Source of the DNA: Sphyrna mokarran
Taxonomy: Eukaryota
DNA: 64,000 nt
NCBI GenBank assembly: GCA_024679065.1
Contig: JAGIQG010000008.1
Coordinates: 48,360,001 to 48,424,000 of the forward strand
Direction: 5' to 3'
Within the stretch, counting starts at the first letter, position 1, and each line of letters starts with the position of its first letter. Positions 13,530-24,918 of the stretch are shown here, piece after piece. The position numbers and the translations under genes are program-made. The notes under the pieces were generated by a model. That model was not told the DNA's origin, made no database searches, and saw only the letters and a program-made list of their open reading frames with translations.

Positions 13530-14380
13530 CTAGCAAAGGAAATTGACAGATTTTAGTTATTTATGCTTCAATGCAAAGAGTATTACAACAAGACAGGTGA
13601 ACTAAGGGCAACTTAGCTAAACACATGGCAGCATGATATTTTTGCTATAATGGAAATCTGGCTGAAGGAGGGACAAAATTGGCATCTCATTATCCCTGGA
13701 TATAGAATTCAGGCAGGATAGTGAGTAACAAAAAAGGAGGAGGAGGATGGAGATGGGAGGGGCAGGATGGATAGTATTGTTGGTTAAAAAATCAGTTACA
13801 GTTGTGAAAGGGATGATATACTAAACTTTATAGGTTGAACTTAGGAATAAAAAAGGGACAGTCACATTACTAGGAGTATACTAGACCCCCAGATAGTGAG
13901 AGGGAGATAGAGGAAGATATATGTAGACAAATTTTTGCTTGAAGGAATAAAGGGCAATAACAGTAGGAGACTTTAACTTCCCCAAAATCAAATGGGTTTC
14001 AAACAATATTAGGGGCATTAAAGGTGAAAAATGCATGTACTGTATCCAAAAATTTTTCTTTAAATAATACATGACAAGCCTAACAAGAGAGAACACAATT
14101 CTGGATTTAGTCTTGAGAAATGAAGATGGGCAAGTGGGTGTAGTGACAATGGACAACCATATCTGGGGTAGTGACAATAATTTGGTTAGATTTAGCATTG
14201 TTATGGAAAAGAACAGAGATGAATCAGGATTAAAAGTTTTAAATTTGAAAAAGATAAATTTTACAAAACTGAGAAATGATTTGGCTAAGGTGGATGGGAC
14301 AAGATTGCTGAAGGATAAATCAGTAGGAAAACAATGGAAAGCACTAAAGTGTGAGATTGTAAGTGTACATATCAGAGGCT
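13530..14380 (+). mobile_element. CR1 ORF2 N-terminal (APE endonuclease) fragment
   Basis: CFNAKSI, VGDFNFP, PTRENTILDLVL, GSDNNLVRF motifs. Confidence 0.8.
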
Positions 14381-14685
14381 CATAGAATCCTACAGTATAA
14401 AAGGAGGCCATTTGGCCCATGAAGTCTGCACCGACCACAATCCCATCAAGGCCCTATCCCTATAACCCAATGCACTTACCCTAGCTAGTCCCCCCTGACA
14501 CTAAAGGGCAATTTAGCTTGGCCAATTCACCTAATCTACACATCTTTGGACTGTGAGAGGAAACCGGAGCACCCAGAGGAGACTCACGCAGGCAAGGGGA
14601 GAACATGCAGGCTTCACGCAGAGAGCGACCTAAGCTAGGAATCGAGACCTGGCGCTGTGAGGCAGCAGTGCTATCCATTGTGCCT
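14381..14685 (-). mobile_element. HE1-like V-SINE with CR1-type tail
   Basis: CATAGAATCCTACAG..GGCCATTTGGCCC tail, V domain GAGGAAACCGGAGCACCC, tRNA-like head. Confidence 0.85.
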
Positions 14686-15144
14686 CTCCAGTCATAGTAA
14701 TTTCTGGGGCTGAAGCATTTTTTTTTCTGACATTCCTCCCTTGGAAGCTAATCTGAACTTCTGATACATTACATCATAATATAGCATTGCTCAGGATCAT
14801 TTACATGACATCCAATACACTTGACATGAAAGATTAGTCAGGCATTCAAGCATTATCCAGCAGATTGGCCTTCTATTGTTCTTATTGTACATGGTGTATA
14901 ATCATTTTACAATCAGTATCCCCATTCTTTGCCAACCCAATTGACAGGTCTGGATTGGTGGACAGTAATAGTTCATATGTTTTTGGGATTTCAGATCTTC
15001 CAGCTTAAACATTTTTGGAGCTCTTTATATGGGGAAAATATATTTACCGCACTTTGTTTCAAATGAGCTAACTAATAAAGCACACATCCTGGTCGCCCGG
15101 CTGCAGTATCTAAATGAACTTGAGGTCTCATCCACCTGTCCATC

Positions 15145-15572
15145 TTATAGAATCTTAGAGATCAACAGCACAGAAAAAGGCCCTTCAGCCCAATGTGTCT
15201 GAGCCAGTCAGAAACAAACCACAACTATTGTAATCCCATTTTCCAGTACTTGGCCCAGAGCCTTGTATTGCAAGTGCACATCTAAATATTTCTTAAATGT
15301 TACGAGAGTCTCTACCTCCATCACTCTTTCGGGCAGTGAGTTCCAGACTTCCACCACCTTCCGGGTGAAAGAGCTTTTCTTCACATCCTCTCTAAACGTC
15401 CAGCCCTTTACCTTAAATCAATGCCCCTAGTCATCGATCCCTCCAGTTTGTTCATGGTGACTCTATCTGTATCCCTCATAATTTCATACATCTTAATCAT
15501 GTTCTCCCCTCAATCTCCTCTGCTCCAAGGAAAATAACCCCAGTCTATCTAATCTCTCTTCATAACTAAAAT
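15145..15572 (-). mobile_element. CR1 3' fragment
   Basis: Tail AGGCCCTTCAGCCC and antisense C-terminal ORF2 motif (GAGTTCCAGACTTCCACCACC). Confidence 0.75.
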
Positions 15573-16169
15573 TGATTTGGATAATTACACAACTTTTACC
15601 CACAACATTAACTGAATTGTCCGGTCTGTGGGAAGGTTGTCATTTGATTATCACCGTCCGATGCTGTGATTGTTTTCTGTGGCTGACCTAGGTTTTAGCT
15701 TAATTACTGCATGTTTGTATCTTCTACATTTAATTGAATGCAGATGCCAAGGATTTGCCCGCTAGCTTTATGAGGACTTTAGAAAGTGGCACCAAGCCAT
15801 ATTGACCAGGAAGATCCTTCTGTGTTGTCCCAGAACTCTACTGAGTTAATCAGGCAGTCCAATTAATCTGTATATCCCTAGCCTCAGGATACAGGCACGT
15901 CAGAGGGAGGATAGCAGAGGATAGAAAGATAGCAGGGAATGAAAGAGTGGCAGGTTGGGGGGGGGCGGGGTCTTACTGTTCAATAGCTGTGAGCAAATAA
16001 TTTTGGGGTGGAGTGTAAGATGGGAAATAACTTTGGTAGAATTATGTTATATATGATACTCATTTAAAAGAAGCAGATGACTGTATTAGTGCTAGAGATC
16101 GTAATAATATCCATTTGTAAAGATAAGGAATTTTAATTATTCTGATGTAGACTGGAGTTACTGGTTGTA

Positions 16170-16560
16170 TATATCATGGAGTTTAGTGAAGAACTTTCCT
16201 TTCAATCATATAAGCTTGTTGTTAAGCAGTGGACCATTTTGTCCATGCTCTCTGTGTCGACTTTGCTGAAGCAACTCTTTAAGGATCATGGTTTATCTAA
16301 GAAGGGGAGGCTGTGCTGGTGCTAAAAAGGGAAACTAATTTCTCCCAATCGAGATGTACTGTTCCTGTTGGTGGTGAAGAGCTAGAGGTTTTCCTCCAGG
16401 AAATGCAGCTAAAAGAGTTGAAATCACCTTCTGATGAAAGTACATTTGTTCTACAGAAGTATAAAAGTCACAATCCTGCAATTGACATTTGGAATAGTTT
16501 TGGGAGCAGAAGAAGATCTGTTCTGATGCATTAGTTACCAGGTTCTGAGAGGAGCAGCTC
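16170..16560 (+). pseudogene. Putative old CR1-group RT fossil
   Basis: HG.. then VHALCVDFAEA (cf. VDxxYLDFxKAFD), RGFPPG (cf. SGVPQG) and PSDEST (cf. FADDT), in order. Confidence 0.45.
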
Positions 16561-16797
16561 TGTGTGTGTGGTTGTGAGGTGTAGATAGTGATGAAAATTG
16601 TAATTGGATATTGTAGTACCCAGTTTCACAATGGCAAACAGAACCAATCCGGGTGAATATGGCCAAATGGTTTCACATCCCTGGTGGGGAAAATTCTAGA
16701 ATCTTTAAAGATGAAATTGGTAAATGACAAGGTGAAGAGAAAGGAAGCTGAAAGAGTTAATTTGGATTTCAGAAAGGGTTAAATTTTGTCATTATTA

Positions 16798-17068
16798 GAA
16801 TAGAATAGAATTCCTATAGTTCATTAGAAGGCCATCAAGTCTGCACCAACAACATTCCTATCCAGGCCCTATCCTCTTAATCCCACATATTTACCCTGCC
16901 AAATGCCCTGACACCAAGGGGCAATTTAACTTGTCCAATTATTCTTACTCACACAAACACGAGGAGAAAATGCAAACTCCACACAGATTGTGACCCAGAG
17001 CCAGAACTGAACCCGGGTTCCTGGCACTGTGAGGCAGCAATACTAACCACTGTGCCATTGCACCACCA
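16798..17068 (-). mobile_element. HE1-like V-SINE with CR1-type tail (internally deleted)
   Basis: Head TGAACCCGGGTTCCTGGCACTGTGAGGCAGC and (TAGAA)n tail. Confidence 0.8.
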
Positions 17069-18126
17069 TGTGCATTGAGGAAGTCTGACCACCAGGAATT
17101 GGGAACCAGTATTGTGCAGGTGGCTGATGGGACCCCGGAGAAGCATTTTACCAGCAGCAGCTAATAAGGAGACCACTGCCAATAACAGCCCATTTCCCAG
17201 AGCTGCCAGCTCAGTCAAAAAGAGTGCAGCTCAGTTTACTTCATAATGGCTGAGGGTGAGGAACATATTCCAGGTACAGTGCCTTATCTATGGGGGTGAT
17301 GCTATTGCCTTCAGACTGAGATGTCCTTGGAAAGGCCAAGGTGGAGGTTCCCCCCCCCCCCCACCCCCCCCCCCCCCCAACTGCTCCCACTCTCTGTGAA
17401 TTCAGTAGGAAGACACCAGAGTTTACTTGATGGTCACCCCATGTGGTAGAGGTCAGTCCCAATGCAGAAGAGGTTTGGGAAGTGAGCCCTAATTGAACAG
17501 TTAAGCGGCTGTATTGCCTGCCCGATGTGTGGTCATGCTACTGTGGTTCCCAGTGGTGATAATATGTCACAACAGAAGGAAAACATTAGGTATCCACCAC
17601 ATTATCAGCATTCCATCCTCCCAGCCCATTGCCAAGGTCTGCTGATATTCAGTCACATGGTTGACAAACCTGGTGTAGAGTTTTTTGAAGTGGGGCCAAA
17701 CAGGTGGGATAAATGCAGTGGATATGATGTGCATGAACCTTTGTGCATGTGCATGGACCTTTGACAGAGGTTCACACAGGACTACTGGAGAAGATTGAAG
17801 TGAATCCACCTCATTGTTCTCTGGGACAGAGTGTTTGGAAGTGCTGGTGGCTGAGTGTGAATTTTTCAATTTGCTTTTTTTCTCTCTCTCTTTTTGAGTG
17901 CTTTTTGCTGCTGTAGTTAGGCCTGGGGCTAGCTGGGAAGGGAACCGGGGAGTATAAAAAGAAAGTGGCAGTAGACAGCGGGCAGCATCGGGAGCAGGCA
18001 GTGTGAATGAATAGGGAAGCAGAGTGAGAGATACAAGGGCTTTGGCTCGCAGGGCTTGGGCTAGAGCAGGCTTACACACAGAGTGCTACTGGTTTTCCAT
18101 TGGAATTCACACCTCCAAAGGTGTCC

Positions 18127-19044
18127 ATGACAATGGCAGGGATTAAGGGAAGACGCCTCGCCTGTGTTACGGTGTCACATGTGGGAGTTCCTGGAGGTGA
18201 GACCTCTCCGGAAAGTCCACGTATGCACCAAGTGTTTGGAGCTGCAGTGTCTGAAGGCTCGGGTCAAGCAACTAGAGCGCCAGTTGGAAGATGCATTTTT
18301 AGTCAGGGAGAACGAGGCAATCATGGAAGGGAGGCAAAGTAAGGTGGCAGACCCGGAGCCTAAGGGGGGGATCCTGACCCTTCCAGGTGGATTACTGTCA
18401 GGAAGTGGAAAAAGGAGAGGGGAAACAGTCCAAAGACTTCCCCAGTAGCAGCCCCCCAAAATATCGAGGGCGGAGGGTTAAAAAAGGCAAGGCATGAGGA
18501 CCAGAGTACCTCAAAGGGAAGGAAAGGGGCTAGAAGGGAGACAGTGGTGGGGGATGGGAGGGTTAAAGGAATAGATAGACGCTTCTGTGGTCCAAGGCGG
18601 GACTCCAGGATGGCAGTTTGCCTCCCTGGAGCAGGGGTGCAAGATGTGTCAGACAGGGTAGAGGGCATTTTGAAGGGTGAGGGGGCCAAGGCGGATGTGA
18701 TTATTCATGTAGGAGAGAAGGATGTAGGAAGAAAGAGCAGGGAGGATATAAGAAGGCAGTTCAGGGAGTTGGGGGGTAGGCTGAAGAACAAGACCTCGAG
18801 GGTGGCGATCTCAGGGCTGCTTCCAGGGCCGGGTAATAGTGGAGCCAGGAGAAATGAGATCCTACAGCTGAATGCGTGGCTGAAGGACTGGTGTAGGGAA
18901 GAGGGTTTCATATTTGTGGATAACTGGGAAGTCTTTGTGAAAGAAGGGCACCTGTATAGAAGGGATGGGGAACACTTGAATGGGAAAGGTGTGAATATCT
19001 TAGCTGGGAGGTTAGCTGGAGTGTTTCAGCAGGATTTAAACTAA
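18127..19044 (+). pseudogene. CR1 ORF1 (zinc finger/leucine zipper and SGNH/GDSL esterase), frameshifted
   Basis: C..CHMWE...HVCTKCLELQCLKARVKQLERQL, then VVGDG, CLPGA, IHVGEKD and LYRRDGEHLN esterase blocks in a separate frame. Confidence 0.85.
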
Positions 19045-19091
19045 TATAGAAGGGAGGAGGGGATGAGACCGATCTCTCGGTAGAGAGTGAG

Positions 19092-21955
19092 ATGGGAGAT
19101 AGAGTAAGCTTGGATGAGAAGAGATGCACTGGGGAGAAGGAGGTTCCGAGTTTGCTTGGAGGTCTGGAGTGTGTCTGTTTCAATGCGAGGAGCGTAACGG
19201 GAAAAACAGATGAACTTAGGACCTTAATGTTTGCGAGGAACTTGGATGTGGTTGCAGTGACAGACGTGGTTAAAGGAAGGGGAGCAGTGGCAACTGAACA
19301 TTCCTGGGTATAAGTGTTTCAGGCATGACAGAGGAAGGTCCAGAAGAGGTGGGGGAGTGGCGTTGTTAGTTAAGGAGAGCATCATGGCGGTGCAGAGGGA
19401 GGACAATACAGAGGAGTTAGGAGTGGAGTCACTGTGGGTGGAGTTGAGGAATAGAAAGGGGGCAATTATTATGCTAGGGGTGTATTATAGGCCACCCAAC
19501 AGACCACGGGCAGTTGAAGAAGGCATATGTAAAGACATTTTGGATACGTGCAGAAAGAACAGAATCGTTATAGTGGGAGATTTTAATCTCCCTAGGGTGG
19601 ATTGGAAAGTACCTAGAGCTGGGGGTTTGGACTGGCAGGAATTTGTAAAATGTGTACTGGAAGGATCATTGGAACAGTATGTGGCTAGCCCGACTAGAGA
19701 GGGGGCTACATTGGATTTAGTTCTGAGTAATGAGCCAGGGCAGGTGGTTGATGTTGTAGTGGGGAACATGTAGCTAACAGTGACCACAATTCTGTCTACT
19801 TTAGGATACAGATGGAAAAGGATGCTTGTTGCCCTAGGGTCAGGGTGCTAAATTGGGGGAAGGCTAACTACGGTCGAATTAGGCAGGAATTTAGGGAAAC
19901 TGATTGGGAACGGTTGTTTGAGGGTAAGTCCACGCTAGGCATGTGGGATTCTTTCAAGGGAATACTGAAAATGTTGTAAGATAAGTACGTGCCGACCAAG
20001 AGGAAAGATGGGAAAGGTAGGATTAGAGAGCCGTGGGTTACTAGGGATATTGAGGACTTGGTTAGGAAGAAAAGAGAAGCGTATGATAGGTTGAAGCAGC
20101 TGGGAACCGAGACAGCATTGAAGGAATATAGAGAGAGTAGGAGGGAGCTCAAACTGGGAGTTAGAAGGGCAAAAGGAGGGCATGAAATGATTTTGGCGGA
20201 TAGGATTAAGGAAAACCCAAAGGCTTTTTACTCCTATGTTGGGAATAAAATGGTGGTTAGAGGAAAAATTGGACCTCTTAGGGACAGAAGAGGGGAACTG
20301 TGCTTAGAACCCGAGGGAATGGCGGAGATCCTGAATGAATACTTTGCGTTGGTATTCACAAAGGAGAGGGGCTTGTTGACAGCTCCTGTCTCTGAGGGAG
20401 CTGTGGACCTGTTGAGGGAAATATCCATACTGGGGGAGGAAGTGTTAGAGCTTCTAGGTAGCATTAAAACTGATAAATCTCCTGGGCCTGATGGCATTTA
20501 TCCCAGACTGCTTAGAGAGGTGTGAGGTGAAATTGCTGGGCCTCTGATGCAAATCTTTGTCTCTTCCTTGGACACAGGTGAGGTCCCAGAGGATTGGAGA
20601 ATAGCTAATGTTGTACCGTTGTTTAAAAACGGTGGTAGGGATAACCCTGGAAATTATAGGCCGGTGAGTTTGACGTCAGTGATAGGGAAGCTGTTGGAGG
20701 GGATTCTTAGAGATAGGATGTATAGGCACTTAGAGCGTTGTGATCTGATTAGGGATACGCAGCATGGATTTGTTAAGGGGAGGTTGTGCCTTACATATCT
20801 GGTAGAATTTTTTGAGGAGGTGATGAAAACGGTGGATGAAGGGCGAGCTGTTGATGTCGTCTATATGGATTTTAGTAAGGCGTTTGACAAAGTCCCTCAT
20901 GGGAGGTTAGTCGAGAAGATCAAGGCAAATGGGATACAAGGACAGGTAGCTAGATGGATAAGCAACTGGCTTGGTAATAGGAGGCAGAGAGTAATAGTGG
21001 AAGGGTGTTTTTCTAGCTGGAGGTCGGTCACTAGTGGTGTGCCACAGGGCTCGGTACTGGGACCTCTTCTATTTGTAATATATATAAATGACTTGGAAGA
21101 GGGAGTAAGTGGAGTGATCAGCAAGTTTGCAGACGATACAAAGATGGCTGGACTTGCGGATAGTGAGGAGCATGGTCAGGTGATGCAGCAGGACATAGAT
21201 AGGCTGGTAGCTTGGGCAGACAGATGGCAGATGGAATTCAATCCTGATAAATGTGAGGTGATGCATTTCGGGAGAAAAAATGTAAGGGGGAGGTATATGA
21301 TAAAGGGTAGACCTATTAAGAGTATAGAAATGCAGAGGGACCTGGGGGTGCAGGTGAACAAGTCTCTGAAGGTGGCAGAGCAGGTGGAGAAGGTTGTGAA
21401 AAAAGCATATAGTATGCTAGCCTTTATAGGAAGGGGTATAGAGTACAAGAGCTGGCCTTTAATTTTGCAGTTGTATAAAACGCTGGTTAGACCTCATTTG
21501 GAATACTGCGTCCAGTTCTGGTCGCCTTACTACCGGAAGGACGTGGAGACTCTGGAGAGAGTGCAGAGGAGGTTTACCAGGATGCTGCCTGGTATGGAAG
21601 GTCTGAGTCACGAGGAGAGATTAGGCAAATTGGGACTGTTTTCCTTAGAAAGACGTAGACTTAGAGGAGATCTGATAGAGGTGTACAAGATTTTGAAGGG
21701 GATAGATAGAGTAAACAGGGCTAAGCTTTTGCCTAGGATGGACTCAAATAGCACGAGGGGTCACGGGCTTAGGGTGAGGGGGGTAAGGTATAATTTGGAT
21801 GCTAGAGTGAGTTTTTTCACACAGAGGGTGGTGGGGGGTATGGAATGCGCTGCCAAGTAAAGTGGTGGAGGCAGGTACTCTGGAGTTATTTAAGAAATAC
21901 TTAGATGGGCACATGAACAGAATGGGAATGGAGGGGTATAGAAAACTGATTTAAA
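19092..21955 (+). pseudogene. CR1 ORF2 (APE endonuclease and reverse transcriptase) with about five lesions
   Basis: FNARS, YYRPP, GDFN, NYRPVSLTS, DFSKAFD, GVPQGSVLGP, FADD. Frameshifts at ~19262, ~19770 and ~21835; stops at ~19977 and 20523. Confidence 0.93.
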
Positions 21956-22896
21956 ATAGGGCTCATGAGCTTTGGGAGTCCCTGGGAAGTGTGTAAATAG
22001 ATGATGATATTGATGTACTTGTTTTTATCCTACAGGTGCTTTGGTCCACCTTGTTGTTTAACGAGGGGCATACACGCGATGGGTCGTGAGAGGGCTGCTC
22101 TTGGATCTTTTGAGACTATCCTACTGCTTCACACCGTTAGTGTATGCTTGACCTGGACCATCTGATGAGCAACACGACAGCTCAGTGACTATCGCTGTGC
22201 TGTGCAGATACATGGATTTGGGCCTGTGTCTGTGGAAGTTTGCGCATTCTCCCCGTGCTTGCGTGGGTTTTCTCCGGGTGCTCCGGTTTCCTCCCACATC
22301 CCAAAGATGTACTCTTAGGCTAATTGGCAAAACAAATTCTCTCTAAATTGTCTCAAATTTGGTTTTTAATCCATAGATCTATAAACATGGACAGGGATCG
22401 CGTGTAGAAGTGGGAACATCGAGTTGGCGGCACGGGCTCGTTGGGCCGCAGGGCCTGTTTCCCATGCTGTTTTGTTCTTTGTTCTTTGTATGGAATTAGG
22501 GGAAGATAGCACAATTGGAGTTAACAAATGATGAAAAGGATAGGAACAGAATAAGAGTTAATGCCAGTTCTTCAATGGTTGGAAATGGATAATATCTCTT
22601 CTAAGACAGCTTACATTCATTTTATGGGCAACAGTTTAGATATAATATGAAAGGGAGTAGGGTTCAAATTTGTGGATGATACTAAAACTGGAGATGTGAT
22701 TTACAATGAAAGAGGACATTGAAAAAAAATGTTGGAATGACCACAAAAGCAGGTGACAGAATTCACTAGTGCATTTTGATGCTAAAATTATAAAGAATAA
22801 TGGATTGGAATAAAATTCAGTGATGAGAATAATTCAGGTTCACAAAAACACGAAGGCAAGACTTCAAGTATGTAAAGCTGTAAAACAAAGGTAATT

Positions 22897-23816
22897 ATAC
22901 CAAAGAAAACCAGAAGATGCTGGAAAAGCTCATCGGGGCCAATTTTATCACTGGGTTGTGCGAAAACTTGATGAAGTCGGGCGTGAGATGAGTAGTGTGA
23001 TCTATGCCCCTCTCCGCATTGGTTTCCCCCTTTTCCTAGGCCTGAAAATGGCTGCGAACAGGAATGTGCCCAAAACAGACACTTGCATGCATTTAAATTG
23101 ACCTGCTGGGCTGCACGTCCAACTTTACCAGCATGTCCCCCTTTACCACTGCGTTCACCCATCCAGAAACGGCGCAAAAGAGACGTGCTCCATATAATTC
23201 TGATTCAGGTGCTCCAGTTAGTGAGAAGGTGAGTGCCGAGAATGCAATGGCTCTCTGCTTGAAACAGGTGAGTCCACTGCCACTCTGCTTGAGATCAGCA
23301 GGGAGGGGGGAAGGAGGTCCAGTGCCACTTTGCCTGAGATCACTGGGGGAGGAGGGTCCAGCGATCGATCTGGGTTGCGGAGGGGGTGGCCCTATAAGGT
23401 GGTCAGTAATGTTGGGGAGGGCGGGACAATGTTCATGTGGGCCGGAGGAGGCATTATCTGGCCCGGGAGGGGAGCAGCATTCTATCACCTTTTTTTCTGT
23501 GCGTGTGCAGTTGGAGGTACCAATCGAAGCTGCACGTGTTTCCGGGTGCATTAAGACCCACCCACTGGCTTGTGCAGTGTGGTTTGGACTCCCTGAAACT
23601 TTTTCAGGCAGAGTGCGTATGGGGACACTTCAGAACAGGTCTACAAGTCAGATCTGAAACATCCCTAGTTTCAAATCAGCCCAGAACTTACAATCGAAGT
23701 GGTAAAATAGGCTTGTTGTCTCCATTCTCTCTCCACAGGGGCTGTCAGACCTGCTGAGATTTTGCAGCATTTTCTGTTTCAGATTGCAACATCCGCAGTA
23801 TTTTGGTTTTATTATT
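22897..23816. mobile_element. Short palindromic (MER6/Penelope-associated-like) element with 9-bp TSD, split by a MITE
   Basis: Arms CAGAAGATGCTGGAAAAGCTCA / TGAGATTTTGCAGCATTTTCTG. AAGGTAATT is duplicated at 22888-22896 and 23817-23825. A related half-copy lies at ~44460-44530. Confidence 0.6.
22935..23714. mobile_element. CpG-rich MITE, probably Harbinger-like
   Basis: TIRs GGCCAATTTTATCAC / GTGGTAAAATAGGC; non-coding interior. Confidence 0.6.
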
Positions 23817-24144
23817 AAGGTAATTGTTTCTTGGTTTTATCGCACTAAGATGTTGACTCTAATAAAGTATTTCAGTCAGATAAGAGTTGAAGCATTGTGT
23901 GTCACTTTGGGCTCCACATTACAAGAAGGAAACTGAGATAATAGACAGGTCACAGCACAGATTCACTGCAGGCTGACTGATCAGAGGAAGTACAAATAAC
24001 AAAGAAAGACTTGAAAAATTGCAATTGTTTCATCCCAGTGGAAATGATGATTGAATGATGAGAAAGAGTTTGTAGAATATGTTTTCATGTACATATTGGA
24101 CTGCTGAAGATCTTACAGTAAACCATTTAAATGATAGTTCTACA

Positions 24145-24237
24145 CAATAAGAAGTTCCACAACACCAGGTTAAAGTCCAGTAGGTTTATTTGGTAGTAAA
24201 TGCGGTAAAGTAGCTTTCGGAACGCTGTTCCTTCCTG
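24145..24237 (-). mobile_element. Penelope-like element end with partial hammerhead ribozyme motif
   Basis: Minus strand reads GAAGGAACAGCGTTCCGAAAGCTA...CCAAATAAACCTACTGGACTTTAACCTGGTGTTGTG. Confidence 0.6.
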
Positions 24238-24629
24238 CGTTTGCCCCAAGACCAGAAATTCCCACCCGAGATCAATGGACCTTTAAATGATCTGCCAAAT
24301 TTTCTGTTGCGCGTATTATGATTCCCAAGGTGAGCACAACCAGAAAATCTCACCCAATATGAAATGTACAAGGTTCAGATTGAGAGCAGGAGAAATATGC
24401 TTTCCACAGAGGATTGAGAGGCTGTAGGATTCACTGCTGGAGTTAACGGTTGGACTAAAGACAGGTACAGGTGAGATCGAAACTCTAATCTCCCTCCCCT
24501 CCTTTCCTTCATGATCCAATTAATTTGGAAACTTCTTATTGGGCTTGTGAATGTCAATCACACTCCTACTAATACATGACACACCACCTGCTGAAATGTT
24601 TCTTGATCATTACATTTTAAAGTTTTAAA

Positions 24630-24918
24630 AAATCTTTATTAGTGTCACAAGTAAGCTTACATTAATGCTGCAGTGAAGTTACTGTGAACATCCCCTAGTT
24701 GCCATGCTCTGGTGCCTGTTTGGGTACACTGAGGGAGAATTTAGCATGTCTAATGCACGTAACCAGCAAGCCTTTTGGGCTGTGGGAGGAAACTGGAACA
24801 CCTACGGGAAACCCATGAGGACTGTGCAAACTCCACACAGGCACTGACCCAAGCCGGGAATCAAACCCGCGTTCCTGGTGCTGTGAGGCAACAATGCTAA
24901 CCACTGTGCCAGCATGCT
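24630..24918 (-). mobile_element. V-SINE with alternative (Rex1/Babar-like) tail
   Basis: HE1-like head and V domain; tail TTTATTAGTGTCACAAGTAAGCTTACATTAA..GTTACTGTGAA. Confidence 0.85.

Larger units (their letters stand above)
17803..22487 (+). mobile_element. Full-length, relatively young CR1 LINE (~4.7 kb) with extended chimeric 3' UTR
   Basis: Both ends are fixed by the interrupted older CR1. Contains 5' UTR, ORF1, ORF2, a 3' hairpin and a (TTCTTTG)n tail. Confidence 0.9.
17550..24090 (+). mobile_element. Old CR1 RT fragment split by three later insertions (pieces ~17550-17802, ~22488-22896, ~23817-24090)
   Basis: EFFE..VD and LLEKIEV end at 17802; reading continues YGIRG at 22489, KFVDDTKT at ~22667 and HCVSLWAPHYKK at ~23893. 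Confidence 0.7.

Noticed and set aside
20547-21860. 437-aa RT ORF as an active gene
   Set aside because: It is one piece of a CR1 ORF2 with upstream stops and frameshifts and a frameshifted C-terminus.
22155-22215. CTGATGAG as a hammerhead ribozyme core in the CR1 3' UTR
   Set aside because: There is no downstream GAAA, and the other two copies read TTGATGGG and CTGATGGG. The segment is better explained as a degenerate SINE head.
22121-22330. Recurrent small ORF (..GGNRSTRRKPTQARGECAN..) at three loci as a gene family
   Set aside because: It is the antisense translation of the V-SINE domain inside the repeated CR1 UTR.
22935-23714. CpG-rich stretch with overlapping ORFs as a promoter or first exon
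   Set aside because: It is bounded by TIRs and nested inside other repeats, which fits a young MITE.
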